From: a virus
Virus record (IMG/VR): IMGVR_UViG_3300005253_000361
Location: 32,001 to 96,000 of that record
DNA length: 64,000 bases
Strand: one strand, 5' to 3'
Shown: positions 35,558-45,307 of the stretch, piece after piece
How positions within the stretch are numbered: the first letter of the stretch is position 1
Layout: each line of letters begins with the position of its first letter
The notes under the pieces: generated by a model
The model's input: only the letters and a program-made list of their open reading frames with translations
Told to the model about the DNA's origin: nothing
Database searches by the model: none
Translations under genes and position numbers: made by a program

Positions 35558-35589
35558 AAAAAATAGGGAGCGCCTCGAGGGCGTCTCTA
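35558..35589 (-). terminator. intrinsic terminator after capsid gene
   Basis: TAGAGACGCC-ctcga-GGCGCTCCCTA imperfect stem then TTTTTT on the minus strand. Confidence 0.65.
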
Positions 35590-35607
35590 ATCCCTTGTGA
35601 TCAGCGG

Positions 35608-36591
35608 TTAGCTGATCTTTACTCCGTACAGGGCGCTGATCTTCAACGTGTTGAAGAGCACCAGCGCCTCGTCCATGAACATGTCGAACTCTTCGTACTG
35701 CGAGCTCTTGTTCGACAACGCCTGGGTCTGGAATTCGGACAGAACGCCCATCCAGAGGTTGTCGAAGTCCACGATGAACGCCATCGAAGTGGTCCCGGTA
35801 CCCCCGACAGCCTGCGCCTGCGTGGGAGTCGCAGAGCCGCTGTAGAAGATGGTGTCCGGGATGTTCGTGGTGGGTAGAACGGGGATGCCGTTGTAGGTCA
35901 TCACCTTGAACCCGGCCGCGATCTCCGTGTGGTCGATCCAGCGCTGCTGCGACTGCAGCTTGGCTGCGAGCAACCGGCGGAAAGCGCGAGACACCAGGAT
36001 CAAGCTCGGGTTGCCACGGTTCCGATCAATGGCCTGATCCATCTTGGCCAACGTCAGAGTGGCACCGTTCATGACGCCGGTCGACTGTGCGACCTTCTGG
36101 GCGTCCGTGATGAGCTTGTTCATGCCGCTGAACTGCTTCGCGTCCTGGGCAGCATCGCCCCAGATGGACCAGTGCTCCTCGTAGTCGCGCACGTCTTCGA
36201 CGCGATAACGAATCTCGTCCATCAGGATGTCCCGGAACGAACGGCCAATGGCACGCGCCTTACGCGTGACCTTGCCGCGAGCCAGGATGGTCTTGTAGAC
36301 GAAGGACACGCGGGCGTACGAGCTGACATCCTCGTCCGGCTCCTCGATGTCGTTCACGAACTGGGCGATCGTGGTACCGACGGAACGTCGGTCCAACAGC
36401 CAAGCAGAACTTGTGCCGGTCAGACGCGGAACGCTCTGGCGCCACGGGTTCAGGTAGTCCATCAGCCCGGCGATTTCCTTCTGCACATCGGGCTGCTCCA
36501 GGACACCGGTGACCGCGGTTGCAGTGAGCGTGCGCTTGAGCCTTTCTACATCGGCACGCGACAACGCATGATTCAGTACTTCGTTGTTCAC
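35608..36591 (-). CDS. major capsid protein (HK97 fold)
   Basis: 327 aa after protease and scaffold; EEHWSIWGD...FSGM, YNGIPVL.T..IP patterns; AGGAGG RBS. Confidence 0.85.
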   Translation of the reverse strand: MNNEVLNHALSRADVERLKRTLTATAVTGVLEQPDVQKEIAGLMDYLNPWRQSVPRLTGTSSAWLLDRRSVGTTIAQFVNDIEEPDEDVSSYARVSFVYKTILARGKVTRKARAIGRSFRDILMDEIRYRVEDVRDYEEHWSIWGDAAQDAKQFSGMNKLITDAQKVAQSTGVMNGATLTLAKMDQAIDRNRGNPSLILVSRAFRRLLAAKLQSQQRWIDHTEIAAGFKVMTYNGIPVLPTTNIPDTIFYSGSATPTQAQAVGGTGTTSMAFIVDFDNLWMGVLSEFQTQALSNKSSQYEEFDMFMDEALVLFNTLKISALYGVKIS

Positions 36592-36637
36592 TTACCGCAC
36601 ACCTCCTCAGGTGGTAGTTCGGAATACCGCTGGGCGA

Positions 36638-37252
36638 TTACTCGCCGAAGTGGGCTCCGAGGGTTTCACGCAAGCGCACCTTGGGGTCGGTCTCGCCATC
36701 GAGCTTTCGTTCAAGCTCGCTCTGCGTGTTGTCTTGATCGCTGCCGTCGTCTTCAGCGTCACCTACGACGCCGCGCCGAACCGGCTGCGCGTTCTCCAAC
36801 TTCTTGATGGAGCGCTCGACCTTGTCGAGCCGCTCATCGTTCTCGTCCTCGTCGACGGAACGCCCGCCGGTATCGGCATCTGCCGAATCCTCGTCTGCGT
36901 CCTCATCCACGTCTTCAGTCGCGGCTACGACGATCGCATCGATCTTCTCGTTCAGCGCGCGAAGCGCCTCTGCGATGGGCTCAGCAAATTCGCCGAGCCT
37001 GTCGGCCACGGGGCCGAGATCGAGCACTACTTCAGGGGCCGCATCGCGCGACTCCTCGGTGTCCTCGTCGGCATCGGCTTCCGCCTGCGCCGTCTCGAAC
37101 GCCGTGATCTGCGATCGCTGGGTCTCGTCTTGGGTTTCGAGATCCGTGAAAATCGTATCGAACGCCTCACGTTCCTCGTCACTCAGGTCAACACCGGCGA
37201 CCAGTTCCCTCAATTGCTTCAAGAGGTCCACGGGGTACAACACCTCCTTCAC
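36638..37252 (-). CDS. capsid scaffolding protein
   Basis: very acidic, coiled-coil, between protease and capsid. Confidence 0.65.
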   Translation of the reverse strand: MKEVLYPVDLLKQLRELVAGVDLSDEEREAFDTIFTDLETQDETQRSQITAFETAQAEADADEDTEESRDAAPEVVLDLGPVADRLGEFAEPIAEALRALNEKIDAIVVAATEDVDEDADEDSADADTGGRSVDEDENDERLDKVERSIKKLENAQPVRRGVVGDAEDDGSDQDNTQSELERKLDGETDPKVRLRETLGAHFGE

Positions 37253-37264
37253 CCGTTGTGTAGT

Positions 37265-38218
37265 TCAGCCAGCCAGCTCCACCAGATAGGCCGGAATGCC
37301 CTGCCCGGAAATACCGTGGGTGGTTCGGTACTCCTGCAGCAGATGCGCGGCTACGCTGTGCTTGTCCTCATCGGGAAGGTCAGAGCCCTCCAGTTTCGAC
37401 GCGGCGGTATCTAGCCCCGCCCGGACCGACACCAGGTGCCCGTCCACTACGTCGTGATGAGGAAATCCGTAGTCCCCGAAACGGGAACCGTCACCAGACA
37501 CATGTGCGAAGGCCTGCCGATAGACAGACCAGTCGACGTCTTGCTTGGTCGGGCCGCCCGCCAGCGCACGAACGCGCTGAATGGCACCGACCGAATCCCA
37601 CTGGCGCTCCCGGCTCGGGGGCGTGTGGGCAAATTCGAGTTGAACGAAAGTAGCGATTTCCGAGTGCTCGACCGTGCCGAAAGAAACGCCGGCCGACCGC
37701 AGAGCGCGCTCGACCCAGCTGGTCAGCTCAGCCTCCGGAACCGCCGGCACAGAAACCAGCGATACCTCCAGCAGGCGGAGCGAATGAACGACGATCTTCG
37801 ACTCGCCGTTCGGCTGCTCAACGTACTCGTAGTCCATCGTGCGCCACGAGACGGAGAACTTGTTCAGTACGCCTTCACGGATCTTCGTCCAGAGATCGTT
37901 CTCGACAGACGAGATGAACCCGGTGAACCGGATCCCCTTGATGGCGTCGTCGTAGTAGCACTCGGTGACACGACCGACTGCCCGGCCTATATCGTGGCCG
38001 TAGAGGATGGTGGCGTACGTGAGCAGGTCGTGAGCCGAAGCCCGGAGGGCCGCTTCGGTAATCTCGACGCCATTCATGTCGAGGCACGCCACGGTGGCGA
38101 TACCCTCGATCCAACGTCGAGGCTCAGACTCGCCGGCGCGGACTCCTTCGGAAACATCGCGAATCATTACCGGCAAGGCCGGAATGTCCTGCTGCCTGCG
38201 AAAGTCGATATGCTCCAA
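37265..38218 (-). CDS. HK97-family prohead protease with C-terminal extension
   Basis: IEGIAT, ILYGHD...VG, FSVS, LLEVSLVSVPA motifs. Confidence 0.88.
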   Translation of the reverse strand: MEHIDFRRQQDIPALPVMIRDVSEGVRAGESEPRRWIEGIATVACLDMNGVEITEAALRASAHDLLTYATILYGHDIGRAVGRVTECYYDDAIKGIRFTGFISSVENDLWTKIREGVLNKFSVSWRTMDYEYVEQPNGESKIVVHSLRLLEVSLVSVPAVPEAELTSWVERALRSAGVSFGTVEHSEIATFVQLEFAHTPPSRERQWDSVGAIQRVRALAGGPTKQDVDWSVYRQAFAHVSGDGSRFGDYGFPHHDVVDGHLVSVRAGLDTAASKLEGSDLPDEDKHSVAAHLLQEYRTTHGISGQGIPAYLVELAG

Positions 38219-38226
38219 GCTTCATG

Positions 38227-38424
38227 TCACCCCCGGGTGAATGTCTGGCGCCCAAGATCGATACGCCCGAAGCCCTTGCAGGCCTCGCAGGTCGTCTGCT
38301 TCATGCACTTTGGATGGTCCTCGTGTAGGTAGCCGTAACCGCGGCAGTTAGGGCAAACCGGCCCCTCTGCTTGGCGCAGCCTCGGGTCCATCGCTCGCAT
38401 GTCTTGCTCATTGATCATGGACAT
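38227..38424 (-). CDS. small DnaJ-type zinc-finger protein
   Basis: CPNCRGYG and CEACKGFG (CxxCxGxG twice). Confidence 0.65.
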   Translation of the reverse strand: MSMINEQDMRAMDPRLRQAEGPVCPNCRGYGYLHEDHPKCMKQTTCEACKGFGRIDLGRQTFTRG

Positions 38425-38454
38425 TGTGGTTCAGTGGTAACTCACGTATGCACA

Positions 38455-38496
38455 AGGATGGATAATCGGTAGGGGTGTTCGCAATGAAACTCTCAC
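38455..38496 (-). promoter_or_regulatory. putative late promoter (copy before head genes)
   Basis: GTGAGAGTT-tca-TTGCGA-N18-CATCCT; here the box is also half of an inverted repeat CTCTCACCGG...CCGGTGAGAG (38490-38520). Confidence 0.65.
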
Positions 38497-38558
38497 CGGG
38501 GTTCCACATTCCGGTGAGAGGCACACTTGAGGGCGGGAAAGCGCAGAATCGGACGACG

Positions 38559-41486
38559 CTACGCTGCCCGGGCGCTCCTCTCGGCATCTCGCAGAGAGGC
38601 CCGAATCGGCGCCGCTGCGGCCTGCTTGAGCCACTGCAGCACGGCGAGCCTCGGGAACGGGTCGACCTCGTCCGCGTTCTCGTCGGCGAAATCGTCGAAC
38701 GTCGGGATCACGAAGACCTTGTTGAAGGTCCGGCCGAACGCGCGAGAGAGCCCGTACGTCACGGTCGAGTACCCGAGCTCAGGGTCCACGTCCATCACGT
38801 GCCGCAGCGACTCGACCTCAGCGGTCAGGATCGCCCCGTCGACAACACTGACGACCTGGTCCTGACAGTCTCCGAGGATTGCCTTCGCTTGGTTCCAGTG
38901 CGACGGCTCAAGTTCCTCGAGTCGCTGGTTCGCTTCATCGATGAAAACCCGTATCACAGTCTCGAGCCGCAGAGCCTCGCGAGTCAGCGCGGCCGTCTCC
39001 TTCGTGCCACCAAACCGGGCCAACAGATCATCATCGCTCCCAGTGGAGTACTCGATCGGCTTCGCCGCACGGGTCGGTCGAGCCATCCCCATACCGTCCG
39101 GCCGAGAAGCGGCGGTGATGCGCTGGCCGGGAGAAAGACCGAAGAACGGAGTCGCGCGATAACCACGTGGCACCTGGCCAGAGGAAGTCATGCTGGCGCC
39201 CTCGCCCTCACCGGGGATGTCGGTGTCGACCGCGGTAGACTCATCCCCGATCTGAGCCGTGTGCACAAGCTCGAGGAACAGCCCGGGATGGATCTCGTGG
39301 AGGAGGTCAAACGTGAACTTCTCCGCCATCAGGTCCATCAGGGGCTTGAAGAGGTTGAAGACCCGCAGCTCCTTGTACGCCTCCGCGGTGTTGCCCTGAA
39401 TGGCAATCCTTCCGTTCCGACGGGTCAAGAACAGTTGGTTCGGAGGAACCGAGAAACAGTAGACCTCGCCGTCATACTCGACACGGTCTACATTGGTGTT
39501 TGCCCGAACCGAAGCCTCAAAGCACCCTTCGACAATACTCACCCGGTAAACTGGGTCATAACCGTTCCGCTGATGCACAACACTTATATGGGCACGGTAC
39601 CCAAGACTAATAGCAAGAAGCTGAACCCCGTCAGCAAGCTGCTTCGACTTGGAGTAGTAGCAAGCTGCCTTCCGGTTCGGGCGAGGATCTCGACTGCCGT
39701 CCCCTGCAATAAGCGCATTGTAGAGAATCTCTAACTGGTCCCTGGACAGACCCCAAATAAACTCAGGTAGCCTCTTTTCTCCGGCCCCTTGGCCGCAGTG
39801 TTCGATGAGCCACGAGCACAATGCCTTGTCAGCCACCTGCCAGCGGCGTGTGTTGTCCGCGCTGGTTCGGCGGTCAAAAGCTACCGGCATCTGGTCCACC
39901 ACATACTGCATACGCTCAACCACTGGGGACGCTTCAGACTGACACAGATTGATCTTCCAAGTACCCTTCCCGTAGCGCTTGGCATGCCCCTCAGAGAGCC
40001 AATACCCCAAAAACTCCATAAACAAATCCATGGGAATCCCGCGATCAGGGTAGTCGCCGTTAGGCCCCCCACCAACAGTGCAGCCCGGGAGAACGAAACC
40101 CTCCTTGCGGTCCCCCCTGTGTTCAACCGCACCGCGAAATGCCCACCGAGTATTCGCTATCTCCAACTCGTGGGCCCGATAGGTCTTGTAAGGATGGCGA
40201 CCGTCTCCCAACTTGCTGTTCGAGAAGTCACGCGCCCACATCCGGTGGTCAGGCGTGACCATTACGTCCACCTGCAGGCTGTGGAAATGGACCATTTCGC
40301 CTCTGTAGGGAGCACGGTAAACGCCATCTGCAGAACATCGGTACTCAATCTGACGGGTCTCCGGGTTGAACGTAGCGACACAATCATCATCCCGAAGATC
40401 CGGAAGCGTCTTCCACCCACGCTGCGTCAACGTCTCTGTGTCGGCACTATAGCAACTTCTGTTAACATCTGCAGATTGTCCCATGTCCAGCGGAGTTACG
40501 CCGAAATTTCTAAAAATTATCTTCTCAATCCGGGGCACGATCAGCGCGATCTCCTGCTCGCGGTACGGCCGGCGGAACGGGACCCACTTCGGGGGTTCGC
40601 CGGGGCCGTAGGTCGCGTACATCTTCGTGTTGTTCTTACCGCCCTTGTTCGCAGTGAACTCTTCCTTGGCCCGTAAGTACCCTTCTTCGCCGACATCCCC
40701 AAGCGCCAAGATGCCCTGTGGAATCTCGTTATCATTGAAGAAGGCCGCGATATCCACGCTTGCCAGTATGAGAGCTGCGACCTCCTGTGTAATCGTTTCG
40801 ATGATCGGGGTCCCGTAAGGACTGTTGGTGCGCGGGTACAGTACCGAGTAGGAAATCTGGTCCGGGGTAAACCTGACCTTCTTCTCACTCTTGTCGCTGA
40901 GCTTCACAACCTGAACGAACTCCTCGATAATTCCGTTGTAGTCCCACTTGACCGCGAACCTGGCGAAATCCCGCGGGATGAACTCGACCAGGTCGCCGCC
41001 CCGAGTAAATACCTTCTCGATCACGGCACCGTCCATGACCAGCAGATCGTTGAGGTACTGGGCCCGGACTCCCCGGAAGGAATGACCCGGCGCCGGACGG
41101 GTAAAGAGATCGACGGCGCGATTGAAGTCGCGCTTCGGCACGCCGGGCTCCGCGATGATGCGCCATGGGCAGGTCGAGAGAGCGCGAACAATGAAATCGA
41201 CGCATGGCCGAACCGCGGCTGACTTCATATAGGTCTCACGCAGATCCTTTCGCGAAAGCCTATGGTCCCACCCGGTCGTGCTGTCGGGCATGAAGACCGA
41301 ACCAAACCCGCCCCCTACGTGGTCATCACGCCAGCCACGGCTGGTGACCCCAGCTGGGGTCACCGGCACCAACTGTGGATTCGCGGCCCGGGTGACCCGC
41401 GCCTGCCCACTGTCAACGAGCCGGCGGGCCTCCTCGAGACTGACGGTTTCTCCTGCTCCCCTGATCGGTACCGACAACGCCTTCAC
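38559..41486 (-). CDS. portal protein (HK97-type), intein-containing
   Basis: VRPCVDFI, YGTPIIE, FFNDNEIPQGIL, IFRNFGVTP patterns; follows the terminase. Confidence 0.88.
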   Translation of the reverse strand: MKALSVPIRGAGETVSLEEARRLVDSGQARVTRAANPQLVPVTPAGVTSRGWRDDHVGGGFGSVFMPDSTTGWDHRLSRKDLRETYMKSAAVRPCVDFIVRALSTCPWRIIAEPGVPKRDFNRAVDLFTRPAPGHSFRGVRAQYLNDLLVMDGAVIEKVFTRGGDLVEFIPRDFARFAVKWDYNGIIEEFVQVVKLSDKSEKKVRFTPDQISYSVLYPRTNSPYGTPIIETITQEVAALILASVDIAAFFNDNEIPQGILALGDVGEEGYLRAKEEFTANKGGKNNTKMYATYGPGEPPKWVPFRRPYREQEIALIVPRIEKIIFRNFGVTPLDMGQSADVNRSCYSADTETLTQRGWKTLPDLRDDDCVATFNPETRQIEYRCSADGVYRAPYRGEMVHFHSLQVDVMVTPDHRMWARDFSNSKLGDGRHPYKTYRAHELEIANTRWAFRGAVEHRGDRKEGFVLPGCTVGGGPNGDYPDRGIPMDLFMEFLGYWLSEGHAKRYGKGTWKINLCQSEASPVVERMQYVVDQMPVAFDRRTSADNTRRWQVADKALCSWLIEHCGQGAGEKRLPEFIWGLSRDQLEILYNALIAGDGSRDPRPNRKAACYYSKSKQLADGVQLLAISLGYRAHISVVHQRNGYDPVYRVSIVEGCFEASVRANTNVDRVEYDGEVYCFSVPPNQLFLTRRNGRIAIQGNTAEAYKELRVFNLFKPLMDLMAEKFTFDLLHEIHPGLFLELVHTAQIGDESTAVDTDIPGEGEGASMTSSGQVPRGYRATPFFGLSPGQRITAASRPDGMGMARPTRAAKPIEYSTGSDDDLLARFGGTKETAALTREALRLETVIRVFIDEANQRLEELEPSHWNQAKAILGDCQDQVVSVVDGAILTAEVESLRHVMDVDPELGYSTVTYGLSRAFGRTFNKVFVIPTFDDFADENADEVDPFPRLAVLQWLKQAAAAPIRASLRDAERSARAA
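39390..40454 (-). mobile_element. intein (355 aa) with LAGLIDADG endonuclease in portal gene
   Basis: CYSADTETLTQRGWK; VTPDHRM; LGYWLSEG and LIAGDG; VYCFSVP...RRNGRIAIQGN/T. Confidence 0.92.
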
Positions 41487-41519
41487 CTCTCCTTATATGG
41501 GTTCCACACCTGAATCCAC

Positions 41520-41561
41520 AGTATGAGAGGGTAGGGGAGACGTTGTAAATCAAACTCTAAC
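41520..41561 (-). promoter_or_regulatory. putative late promoter (copy before portal gene)
   Basis: GTTAGAGTT-tga-TTTACA-N18-CATACT (one mismatch in the box). Confidence 0.65.
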
Positions 41562-43161
41562 CGAAGTTCCAGATCCCAAACCCACCGGCCTGGCGCGCCC
41601 GAAACTTGATCGCCCGCTGGGCAATCCAAAGAGCCATGACGGTGTCGGTCTTCTTGGACCCGGGGTACCAGTTGACCATCTCGTAGAGCCATACGCACCA
41701 GGGGCACACGCACCCGTCGGGATGCCGAAACTTCATCGGGATGACCCAGTTGCCCCGCTGGAACTCGGCCGCCAGCAACGGGATGCCCTCGTTGAGGTCC
41801 ATCTTCTGGCTACCGGTCCGGTGAGCCTCGAGCGGAAGGTTGACCCCATCCATGTCCTCCATCCAGTCGATCAACGCCTGCTGGTAGTAGTTGTTCTCCA
41901 CCATGACGGCGTTCGGATGGTAGGTCTCGTAGACGTCAATGAGCTGTCGAGCTGTATTGGGAGAGGTCCAGTGGCCGCGCCGAATGTCGATCGGGATCCG
42001 GGTGCCCTTCGGGAGGCTCCCCGTCCCGTCGGCGACCGCCACAGTGAAGATGACGCTGGGGCAGTTGGTCTTCTTGAGCCCAATCCCGAGATCCACTCCG
42101 GTGTAACGGGTGTACTCGGCGAACTCGGGGTCGTCGGGAGAGATGCCGTACACGATCGAGCCGTCGGAATTGTCGTCGCCGTAGAAGAACTCCCTACGGA
42201 ACAGCCGGACCGACTCATCCATGGGACGGTTACGGTGCGAACGGTTGAAGACAAAGACACCGCGCTCCTGGCACTCCGCCTCGTACGCCTCTTTGGTCCA
42301 ATCCTGACCGCCGGGAATCGGCAGATCAAACGAGGAGCCGTGCCAGGACTCGATAGAGTTGAAGTCGTCCGCGACACCGTAGACGCGGTGCTGCCACGCG
42401 GGGTTCTTGATGACCCGCATTGAGCAGTCATCCTCGTGCCAGAGCGTACAGATGTACCAGAAGCGAGCCTGCGGGCCGGACTTGACGTCTGCCCAGGTAC
42501 CCTCAAACGCATTCGTGATGTTGTCGCGGCTGCGCTCCTCCACGACAGAGGTCTGGAGTGACGTGATGTCGTCGTACAGGATGATGTCAGCACGCCCGCC
42601 CTCCGGCGAGCTCGTCACGCCCCAGGCCTCGACGGTCGAGTCACGACTGTCGAGCGTACCCTTGGGGCGCAGGACATTGATCTGCTCGCTCGACCAGGCC
42701 TTATCGGGGTCAGGCTGCATATCGGGAAACACGGCCTGGCAGACGCCGGACGGGCACTCGACGATGTGGCGGCCAATCTCCTGCAGGTTCTTCTTCGCCC
42801 GCGTCTGACTGACCGACACCTCCTTGATGCGGATCGCCAGGCTGTTACCGATCTCCCACAGGCACCGCAGCACCGAGATCTGGGTTGACTTGCCACACCC
42901 ACGTGGAGCCGCTATCAGGATGCGTGAGTGCTCGCTCAGCAGGTCCTGCCACTCGATGTGCATCGGGTGCTGGGCCCGCATAAAATGGAGCGCGACGAAG
43001 ACGTTCGGATCCTTGCGAGCAAGCACAATCAGCTCCTGCTGAAGCCCCTGCTGGACCAGCTCAACTTCCGCGTCCTCCAGAGCCCCGAGATTCGGGAGCT
43101 CAACCTGGGGCGCCCAGGGCGTGATGATCCGTGGTTCCCCCTCCTGGCCCACCTCGCACAC
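41557..43161 (-). CDS. terL: terminase large subunit
   Basis: APRGCGKST Walker A, GGRADIILYDD Walker B, GVDLG and DTVMALWIA nuclease motifs. Confidence 0.92.
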   Translation of the reverse strand: MCEVGQEGEPRIITPWAPQVELPNLGALEDAEVELVQQGLQQELIVLARKDPNVFVALHFMRAQHPMHIEWQDLLSEHSRILIAAPRGCGKSTQISVLRCLWEIGNSLAIRIKEVSVSQTRAKKNLQEIGRHIVECPSGVCQAVFPDMQPDPDKAWSSEQINVLRPKGTLDSRDSTVEAWGVTSSPEGGRADIILYDDITSLQTSVVEERSRDNITNAFEGTWADVKSGPQARFWYICTLWHEDDCSMRVIKNPAWQHRVYGVADDFNSIESWHGSSFDLPIPGGQDWTKEAYEAECQERGVFVFNRSHRNRPMDESVRLFRREFFYGDDNSDGSIVYGISPDDPEFAEYTRYTGVDLGIGLKKTNCPSVIFTVAVADGTGSLPKGTRIPIDIRRGHWTSPNTARQLIDVYETYHPNAVMVENNYYQQALIDWMEDMDGVNLPLEAHRTGSQKMDLNEGIPLLAAEFQRGNWVIPMKFRHPDGCVCPWCVWLYEMVNWYPGSKKTDTVMALWIAQRAIKFRARQAGGFGIWNFG

Positions 43162-43166
43162 GCGCG

Positions 43167-43730
43167 CTACTCCTCCCCGGGCGGGAGAGCCTCTGGTTCA
43201 GGGGTGACGTCGATGACAGGCCCGCCCTGCTCGTAATGAGGGGAGGACTGGGCAATCTCGAGCAGCGTCGTGATGGCGATCTTCCGGTTGGCCGGCAGAC
43301 CGTGCAGGACGATATTGTGATCCGTACGGATATTCGCGGTGGGCTCGCCGAGGTGGAGGCGAAGCTTGTCGTCCCACAGCGCCAAGATCTTCATCACCTG
43401 CTCAATCTGGGTGAACTCCATCTCCTGGTCTACGAAATCCTCCATGGCCTTCGTGACCAGAAAGCGAAAGCGCTTCATGTTGTCGACGAGCTCGTCCGAA
43501 TGGACGTCTACATCGACCGCCTGCTGGAGTGCACCAAGCTTCAACTTCCGGGACACTTCGTCCTTCAGCACAGCGAGGTGGCGGTCCCAGCCCTCCTCTT
43601 TGGCCCATCGGCCGAGCTGCGATCGATCAACACCCAGTTCCTTCGCGACCAACGTGAGGTTGCCGAGCTTCTTATAAAGCTCCAGGCATCGGGTGCGCTT
43701 CTCAGTATCCTTCTTCCTACCGGCCACCAA
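43167..43730 (-). CDS. terS: terminase small subunit
   Basis: N-terminal HTH (LTLVAKELGVDRSQLGRWAKEEGW); directly upstream of terL. Confidence 0.75.
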   Translation of the reverse strand: MVAGRKKDTEKRTRCLELYKKLGNLTLVAKELGVDRSQLGRWAKEEGWDRHLAVLKDEVSRKLKLGALQQAVDVDVHSDELVDNMKRFRFLVTKAMEDFVDQEMEFTQIEQVMKILALWDDKLRLHLGEPTANIRTDHNIVLHGLPANRKIAITTLLEIAQSSPHYEQGGPVIDVTPEPEALPPGEE

Positions 43731-43773
43731 ACATCACCCCTTGAAAAAAATGAGCGTGTACTTCGCACCCCCA

Positions 43774-43815
43774 ATACTGGAGAGGCAAGTGCCCTCATGG
43801 CAATCAAACTCTCAC
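43774..43815 (-). promoter_or_regulatory. putative late promoter (copy before terminase genes)
   Basis: GTGAGAGTT-tga-TTGCCA-N18-CAGTAT. Confidence 0.65.
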
Positions 43816-44501
43816 GCGGATTCGCGGTCGAGTTCTACCTCCTTCTGCAGCAGTGCCAGCGCCCGCCAGGCCATCTTGGCCGAGTGCCGCGTCCCGTCGG
43901 TGTCGATCCCCCCACGCTGCAGAAAATGGCGGATCAGCGCGTCGCCCTCGTCACTGCTCTTGCCTCGAGCCCAGTGCAGGTGCTCACCCGGGTTGTGCTG
44001 TTCGTTACCGACCCACGAGACATGTGCGATCTCGACGAACGCGTCGGGGAAATAGTCGAGCACGCCGCTGGCCACGGGCCGCTGCTTGCGGACTTCCGCA
44101 GCCTCCGGGAAGATGGACGCCCGGGTCGGCGCCACATCCGGCTCCTCGTCGACCTCCAGAAGCGGCCCCATAGTGGGGTACGTTATCAACTCCAATCCCA
44201 GCTCGCGAGCAATCGCCACCTCGAGGCGTGCTCCTGCGGAATTCTGCCAACCCGGCAACACCACCACCGCGTCGACTTCCAGAAGCGCCCCGACATCCTG
44301 CCGCATGTAGTGCGGGCGGGACTTCGAGGTGTCACCGCCGTCAGTTTCAGCGGGGCTGAAAACTTTCCAACCGTGGGCCTTGATGTCCTTCGAGGCAGCG
44401 CGGAACGCGGGGAAGTTGAGCTCCGGGAGGCCCGTCATAGGACCCGACAGATAGACGTAGTAGTTGGAGTGCCGTGACAACTGCGTGCCCATATCGGTCA
44501 T
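43812..44501 (-). CDS. fusion of DUF4406 (nucleoside deoxyribosyltransferase-like) and DUF5664-like dATP/dGTP diphosphohydrolase domain
   Basis: VYLSGPMTGLPELNFPAF...LPGWQNSAGARLE; GVLDYFPDA...GNEQHNPG..LHWARGKS...HSAKMAWRALALLQ. Confidence 0.8.
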   Translation of the reverse strand: MTDMGTQLSRHSNYYVYLSGPMTGLPELNFPAFRAASKDIKAHGWKVFSPAETDGGDTSKSRPHYMRQDVGALLEVDAVVVLPGWQNSAGARLEVAIARELGLELITYPTMGPLLEVDEEPDVAPTRASIFPEAAEVRKQRPVASGVLDYFPDAFVEIAHVSWVGNEQHNPGEHLHWARGKSSDEGDALIRHFLQRGGIDTDGTRHSAKMAWRALALLQKEVELDRESA

Positions 44502-44986
44502 CCGATGGACCCCAGAAAGTCGTCAAGCAGACAGACGAAATAGGCCTCGTCGTCGACCACGAACACCAGATGGGCGGGCAGATCGAAAAAGTCAGAGAGG
44601 AAGTCGAACCCGTCCTGGTCCGTCATGCAGAACACCTGCTGGTGCGGCATCGAGAACACGAGCAGTGGGTTGAGGTCAATCGGGGCATCGTCCCGCGCCT
44701 CGATGAACCACTGGTAGATGATCGACTTCTTCGGGTCCCTGAACAGGCTCCGGAGCGACCAGCCCTGACGGTACTTGCACTCCCACCAGTAGGGAAACGT
44801 ATCGCTGTAGGGAGCGTGCGGTACGGCGTCGTGTGACTGCTTGTGGCCGGAACCGGCACGGTCGGCGAACTTTTGCCAGCCCCAGCCAAACGTGAACGCG
44901 ATCTTCTTGGCGGTGCGGCGCTCGAACCCCTTGCCGGCGGTCCGGTTCCGCTTCCCCATCTTTCGTTGCAGCTCTTTCTTGTCCAT
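44498..44986 (-). CDS. Holliday junction resolvase (PD-(D/E)XK, Hjc-like)
   Basis: GKGFERR, SHD, WECKYR motifs. Confidence 0.75.
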   Translation of the reverse strand: MDKKELQRKMGKRNRTAGKGFERRTAKKIAFTFGWGWQKFADRAGSGHKQSHDAVPHAPYSDTFPYWWECKYRQGWSLRSLFRDPKKSIIYQWFIEARDDAPIDLNPLLVFSMPHQQVFCMTDQDGFDFLSDFFDLPAHLVFVVDDEAYFVCLLDDFLGSIG

Positions 44987-45016
44987 CTGCCTCGCTCCTT
45001 CCCCTCAGTCGGTAGG

Positions 45017-45307
45017 CTATTGCTCGTTTGCGCACCCAACAGATTCGTGAATGTTGTCCACCCAGTGGCCGATCTCACAGGCCGGGCAGAATTCCATCGC
45101 GGTCAACCCCTTCACCGCCAGCGCCATCCCCATCGCGGTGATGTGGAGCGCGCCCACTTCGCCGTTCTCCAGCATCGTCAGGAGATCCACCTGGAATTCG
45201 GCGAACGCCTCGTCGACAACATTCGGCATCCCGTGGTCCCCCTCCACACGACATGTCGGGTCCGACATCGCGTGGAAGCGCTCCTCAAACTCGTCGAATC
45301 GTGTCAT
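45017..45307 (-). CDS. hypothetical protein
   Basis: ATGA-coupled to rmlC; GGAG RBS. Confidence 0.55.
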   Translation of the reverse strand: MTRFDEFEERFHAMSDPTCRVEGDHGMPNVVDEAFAEFQVDLLTMLENGEVGALHITAMGMALAVKGLTAMEFCPACEIGHWVDNIHESVGCANEQ

